NCBI GenBank assembly: GCA_021108185.1
Contig: JAIORJ010000046.1
Location: 1 to 64,000, forward strand
Reading direction: 5' to 3'
DNA from: Methanococcoides sp.
GTDB taxonomy: Archaea > Halobacteriota > Methanosarcinia > Methanosarcinales > Methanosarcinaceae
DNA length: 64,000 nt
The notes under the pieces are model-generated. The model worked only from the letters and a program-made list of their open reading frames with translations, was not told where the DNA came from and made no database searches. Within the stretch, counting starts at the first letter, position 1. The number at the start of each line of letters is the position of its first letter. Below are positions 59,894-64,000 of this stretch, piece by piece. Made by a program: the position numbers and the translations under genes.

Positions 59894-61528
59894 ATGAAAG
59901 GAAGCGAACTGTTTGTCAAATGCCTGGAAAACGAAGGCGTGAAATATATTTTTGGAATCCCGGGAGAGGAAACACTGGACCTCATGGATTCCCTTTCGAG
60001 ATCTGATATTGAATTCGTTGTGGTAAGGCATGAACAATCCGCAGCATTCATGGCGGATGTGTGCGGACGCCTGACAGGCAGGCCCGGTGTCTGCCTTTCC
60101 ACCCTGGGTCCGGGAGCTACCAATCTCATGACTGGTGTGGCGGATGCCCATCTTGACAGGGCACCCCTTGTGGCCATTACAGGTCAGGGTTCCCTTGACA
60201 GGGCGTATAAGGAATCCCACCAGTTCCTGGATGTTGCGGGAATGTTCAGCAAGATAACTTCCTGGAATGCAACTGTGACCGCTGCACACCAGATCCCGGA
60301 ACTGGTCGGGAAAGCCTTTGATATCGCCACGGATGTACCCGGAGCTGCTCACATTGAGCTGCCTGAGGACATATCCGCCCAGGAGACCGATGCACTGCCC
60401 CTTGAGAAAAAGGAATACTCCCATTCATGTAGCTTTGATGAAAAGGAATTACATAAAGCCATCGAACTTATCTCGGGTGCAGTCAGACCTTTGATCATTG
60501 CCGGGAACGGAGTGATCCGCGAGAATGCTTCCCTTGAGCTGAAACAATTCGCGGATGCAGCCAATATAGGCGTTGTTACCACTTTCATGGGGAAAGGTGC
60601 AATTCCCGCAGACGATGATCATTTTATCGGTTCCATGGGGATGTCCGAACAGGATTACATCATATGCGGTCTGGACGCAGCGGACGTGGTCGTTGCCATT
60701 GGATTCGATTCCGTGGAATACAGCCCGGATCACTGGAACATGGACTATTCGAAAAGCATTATTCATGTTCAAAACAGGCATCCGGCAATAGAGGCCAGTT
60801 ATATCCCGGAATGTGCACTTCTGGGTACACTTAAGAAAACTCTCCGTGCAATGACCTCGGCAGTTACCCCGCAGGAATTCCCGGACCATTACAGGAATAT
60901 CAAGGCTTCAATGGAAGACGAATTACTTCGCTACAAGGATGACCCCGCATTCCCGGTGAAACCCCAGCGCATTCTCTGGGAGGTCCGACAGAAACTGGAT
61001 CGCGAGGATATACTGATCAGCGACGTGGGTGCTCACAAACTCTGGATCGGAAGACTGTATCCAGCACTGGCCCCTAACACCGTACTTATGTCGAACGGAC
61101 TAGCTGCCATGGGATTTGGACTACCTGCCGGCATAGCGGCCTGTCTTATGCATCCTGAAAAGAAAGTTGTGACGATTGCAGGAGATGCCGGTATCCTCAT
61201 GAATATCCAGGATCTGGAAACCGCTGTGAGACTGAACTGCGATCTTGTGATCGTTATCTTTGACGATGCATCCTACGGTCTTATCGAATGGGAAAGCAAT
61301 ACTAAATTCGGTGAGTCCTTCGGCACCTCTTTCAAGAACCCGGACTTCGTGGGACTCGCAAACAGTTTTGGTGCCAAGGGAATACGCATAAGCAGCGCTG
61401 ACGAACTTGGTGATGCCCTGCGATCTGCCTTCAAGGAAGGAGGCGTCTGGTTGATCGACGTCCCCGTTGATTATTCGGAAAATATGAAACTTACAACGAT
61501 ACTGGAAGGCAAGTATTGCACCGTTTAA
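59894..61528 (+). CDS. thiamine-diphosphate enzyme of the acetolactate synthase large-subunit family
   Basis: TPP-binding 'GDAGILMNIQDLETAVRLNCDLVIVIFDDASYG' motif (GDG-x24-NN-like) and N-terminal Pyr domain 'IFGIPGEE'. Starts 1 nt after the ALDH stop. Confidence 0.8.
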   Translation: MKGSELFVKCLENEGVKYIFGIPGEETLDLMDSLSRSDIEFVVVRHEQSAAFMADVCGRLTGRPGVCLSTLGPGATNLMTGVADAHLDRAPLVAITGQGSLDRAYKESHQFLDVAGMFSKITSWNATVTAAHQIPELVGKAFDIATDVPGAAHIELPEDISAQETDALPLEKKEYSHSCSFDEKELHKAIELISGAVRPLIIAGNGVIRENASLELKQFADAANIGVVTTFMGKGAIPADDDHFIGSMGMSEQDYIICGLDAADVVVAIGFDSVEYSPDHWNMDYSKSIIHVQNRHPAIEASYIPECALLGTLKKTLRAMTSAVTPQEFPDHYRNIKASMEDELLRYKDDPAFPVKPQRILWEVRQKLDREDILISDVGAHKLWIGRLYPALAPNTVLMSNGLAAMGFGLPAGIAACLMHPEKKVVTIAGDAGILMNIQDLETAVRLNCDLVIVIFDDASYGLIEWESNTKFGESFGTSFKNPDFVGLANSFGAKGIRISSADELGDALRSAFKEGGVWLIDVPVDYSENMKLTTILEGKYCTV

Positions 61529-61886
61529 GCGGTTATTTCCATGTACTTTCAGGATGCTACATGAGCTTTTCGATTTGCAGCGGCAGCACTGCTCGGTCGG
61601 CTGATGGTCATTTTTTCCTTTGAGAGACAGGTCATATTAGGAATAGAAATTGGGAAGGTTCAAATTCCACCCCTCGCACATTTCATAGAGGTAATAGGTA
61701 ACGTGAAAAAACCGAACTCCCAGAATTTATTTTTAGTAATTATTATTGTTTATAATTTTAATAAATTAACAATGTTTATATATATTTAAGCTTAGTCCCA
61801 ATGTCTTATTAGTAAAATTCAAAGGTGAATGATTTGTTGACCATCAAGAATTTGAAATTATCTGAGTTAATTATTTTATAATTTCT

Positions 61887-63698
61887 TTGATGTTAGGTGA
61901 TGGAATTATGAATGAAACACAACTAAGCAAAAAAGACTTTGAAAGAGTGAATTGGCAAGAGGTCATTTCAGTTTGTGACAGTAAAGAATGTAGCTGTTAT
62001 CGGCAAAAATTCCTATCTCAAATGGACAAAGAAGAATATGTTGAAGATATAAATGGCAAAGCCGTTTTTGAAACTCTTTATTTTCTAACAATGCCAAACC
62101 TTAATCATAATGACAATAGCCCGTATGTTTTAACCAATTATTTTGACAGAATAAGTGATTCAAATCTTGAGGTGTTAAAAGAATTAATCCCAGATGTTTC
62201 AGATGATGAAATGAAAGCTAGAATTGCAGACTTAGTATGGAACAAAAAAGAAGACTATCCATATGCAATTGTAGCAATTAACTCTTATATTGAATCAGCA
62301 AAAGTGCTGGATGATCCTAAGAGGTGGACCCCTTCTTTTCGTCGAATTAAAAGAGCAGTGGATTTAGCAGCATCTTTGGGAAAAAACAATGATCATCTTA
62401 ACAAAGCACTTTGTTACGCTGAATCTGTCCTTGATAAATATGATGGCAAGGATCCTAAATTTTTATCCGTTGAGCTACTGAATCTCCTTCGAGAAAGAAA
62501 ACATGGAGATATTGATACGTACATAAGTATCTCTGAAAAAGTTGCTATTTTTGCAGAATCTGAGCACGAATGGCGTAAAGCCAGACTTGCTTGGTATACA
62601 AAAGCAAACTGGCATCGATTAGCGAAAGATGCTGTTGAAGAAAGGAATGCAAAACTGAAAGCTGTTGAAATGTATGTAAAGAATGCAGATGATGATATGA
62701 AAAAAACACCCCCTGATTATGCAAATGCGGTTGGTCGCATTGAAGATGCAATTCAAGAATTAAGACAAGTTGGAAGTGCTTCTAGCCGTATTGATGAGTT
62801 ACATGCACTTCTTCTTGAATATCAAAAGGGTTTACCTTCTCAAATGGCACAAATTAAAAGCGAATTTTCAATCCCAGAAGAACAAAATCGTGCTGCAAGA
62901 GAATTTGTTCAAGGAAAAACAAAATTGGAAGCAATTTGCTCACTTGCATCAATAACAACATCACCAGCAAAATCGAAATTAGAAGATGCTGGTGAAACTG
63001 ATAGTGGGAATCTAATTTCTCAAATAATTGGTAAAACAATCGTAAACAGCGAAGGAAAAACAACGGGAAAAAGCGGATCTATTGTTTCAGATAATGGAAT
63101 GGAAAAAGAAAAAGCAATTAAAGCCAACATGTTCAAAAAAGCAAGATTCTACCACTTGCCGCTTGTATTAGGTATACTTGAGCCAGCTAGAATACAAATC
63201 AATGAGGAACATGATACAATACAACCCGAAGATTTGCTTTCAATTGTTTCAGATAATCCTTTTGTTCCAGAGGGAAGAGAAAACATCTATGCTTTAGGTC
63301 TTTACTTCGGTCTAAAAGGAGACTTTTTGACAAGCATACATTTACTGATTCCACAACTAGAAAACTCCATACGGTTTGTTTTACGCAACAATGGGATTAT
63401 CACATCAGGAATTGATCATTATGGTATACAAAATGAATATGATATAAATACTACTTTAGTAATGCCTGAGCTAATGTCGATAATTCCAGAAGATATAGTC
63501 TTTGATTTAAGGGGCTTGCTAATTGAAGGCAAAAGCGGGGGTTCAAATCTGAGAAATGCCATGGCCCACGGGTTAATTGATTATGATAAATATATTTCAT
63601 CGACAGAAGTAAAATATGTTTGGTGGCTGATATTGAATTTATGCTATCTTTGGAAAACGAGTTCTGTAATCACGGAAACTGAAACAACTGAACATTAA
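61887..63698 (+). CDS. large alpha-helical protein with C-terminal Rx4H (HEPN-like) motif, encoded in a low-GC island
   Basis: 603-aa ORF at about 33% GC with AAA/AAT/GAA-rich codons, against about 45% GC elsewhere. 'LRNAMAHG' (63552-63569) fits the HEPN R-x4-6-H consensus. Probable start at ATG 61908 after AGGTGATGG. Confidence 0.55.
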   Translation: MMLGDGIMNETQLSKKDFERVNWQEVISVCDSKECSCYRQKFLSQMDKEEYVEDINGKAVFETLYFLTMPNLNHNDNSPYVLTNYFDRISDSNLEVLKELIPDVSDDEMKARIADLVWNKKEDYPYAIVAINSYIESAKVLDDPKRWTPSFRRIKRAVDLAASLGKNNDHLNKALCYAESVLDKYDGKDPKFLSVELLNLLRERKHGDIDTYISISEKVAIFAESEHEWRKARLAWYTKANWHRLAKDAVEERNAKLKAVEMYVKNADDDMKKTPPDYANAVGRIEDAIQELRQVGSASSRIDELHALLLEYQKGLPSQMAQIKSEFSIPEEQNRAAREFVQGKTKLEAICSLASITTSPAKSKLEDAGETDSGNLISQIIGKTIVNSEGKTTGKSGSIVSDNGMEKEKAIKANMFKKARFYHLPLVLGILEPARIQINEEHDTIQPEDLLSIVSDNPFVPEGRENIYALGLYFGLKGDFLTSIHLLIPQLENSIRFVLRNNGIITSGIDHYGIQNEYDINTTLVMPELMSIIPEDIVFDLRGLLIEGKSGGSNLRNAMAHGLIDYDKYISSTEVKYVWWLILNLCYLWKTSSVITETETTEH

Positions 63699-64000
63699 TT
63701 GAGAATATTACTATTACCATAGCACAGCACACCACAAATCCAATAAATTTTTGATACATGTCGATTGAAAGTTATAGCCACAGGATTTTATTTAGTCTCT
63801 TATCCTTTTTTATTTTACAACAGAAACTCTATAATCCCAGCCTTCAATCCTTTCCTTCACATGTGCATTGAGAGTAAATGGCTTATCACTCTTGGCATTC
63901 TGCTTCATGTTATGTGTGACTTCAATGCGGATGGATCATATTTTGATGAAGATTTTACATCAGATATTGATGCAAAAATAAAGCCAAACCTGATTGAAAA

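Noticed and set aside
61604-61789. 61-aa ORF in the AT-rich island leader, and a tRNA-like fragment 'GGAAGGTTCAAATTCC' near 61655
   Set aside because: The ORF is in AT-rich promoter-like DNA. The T-loop-like string could not be folded into an acceptor/T-arm, so an att-site interpretation is unsupported.

Overview
Archaeal chromosomal window with the gene content of a methanogen of the Methanosarcinales type, about 44% GC apart from a roughly 33% GC island at the 3' end. Two classic conserved archaeal clusters are present. The first is L7Ae-S28e-L24e-ndk-aIF5B-S6e on the minus strand (8.1-11.8 kb). The second is the complete exosome/proteasome superoperon (25.3-33.5 kb): L15e, a COG1325-type protein, Rpp30, Pop5, proteasome alpha, SBDS, Rrp4, Rrp41, Rrp42, L37ae, an unlisted 46-aa RpoP, Brix, Pcc1 and prefoldin beta. 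Other confident calls: IleRS, ProRS, an intron-containing tRNA-Trp whose intron encodes a box C/D guide RNA, two tandem tRNA-Glu copies, a SepF homolog, an MCT-1/Tma20-like PUA protein, phenylacetate-CoA ligase with an ACT-domain partner, a DHH phosphoesterase, an MTA phosphorylase and an ASH-Ski2-type helicase. Likely but less certain: a ZPR1-like protein, a three-gene overlapping operon resembling tetrahydromethanopterin-biosynthesis genes, a succinate-semialdehyde-dehydrogenase-like gene adjacent to an acetolactate-synthase-like TPP enzyme, and a paralogous PAS/GAF sensor family. The most striking locus is at 1.4-8.1 kb: an RHH-like micro-ORF translationally coupled to an ESCRT-III/Snf7-family protein, followed by a MIT-domain Vps4-like AAA ATPase and an acidic coiled-coil protein. 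Transcribed divergently from it are an SPFH-like protein with a C-terminal zinc ribbon and a membrane protein with a C-terminal zinc ribbon. This reads as an ESCRT-like membrane-remodelling module with PspA-system-like (YdjI-type) partners in a euryarchaeon. Other anomalies: an in-frame UAG inside a conserved PAS domain of a histidine kinase; two genes whose conserved N-termini have a Shine-Dalgarno plus CUG/AUA instead of AUG; Rrp41 with a long acidic tail containing a 12-nt tandem repeat; a 1-kb non-coding stretch; and a low-GC island at the 3' edge encoding a large protein with an Rx4H (HEPN-like) motif.
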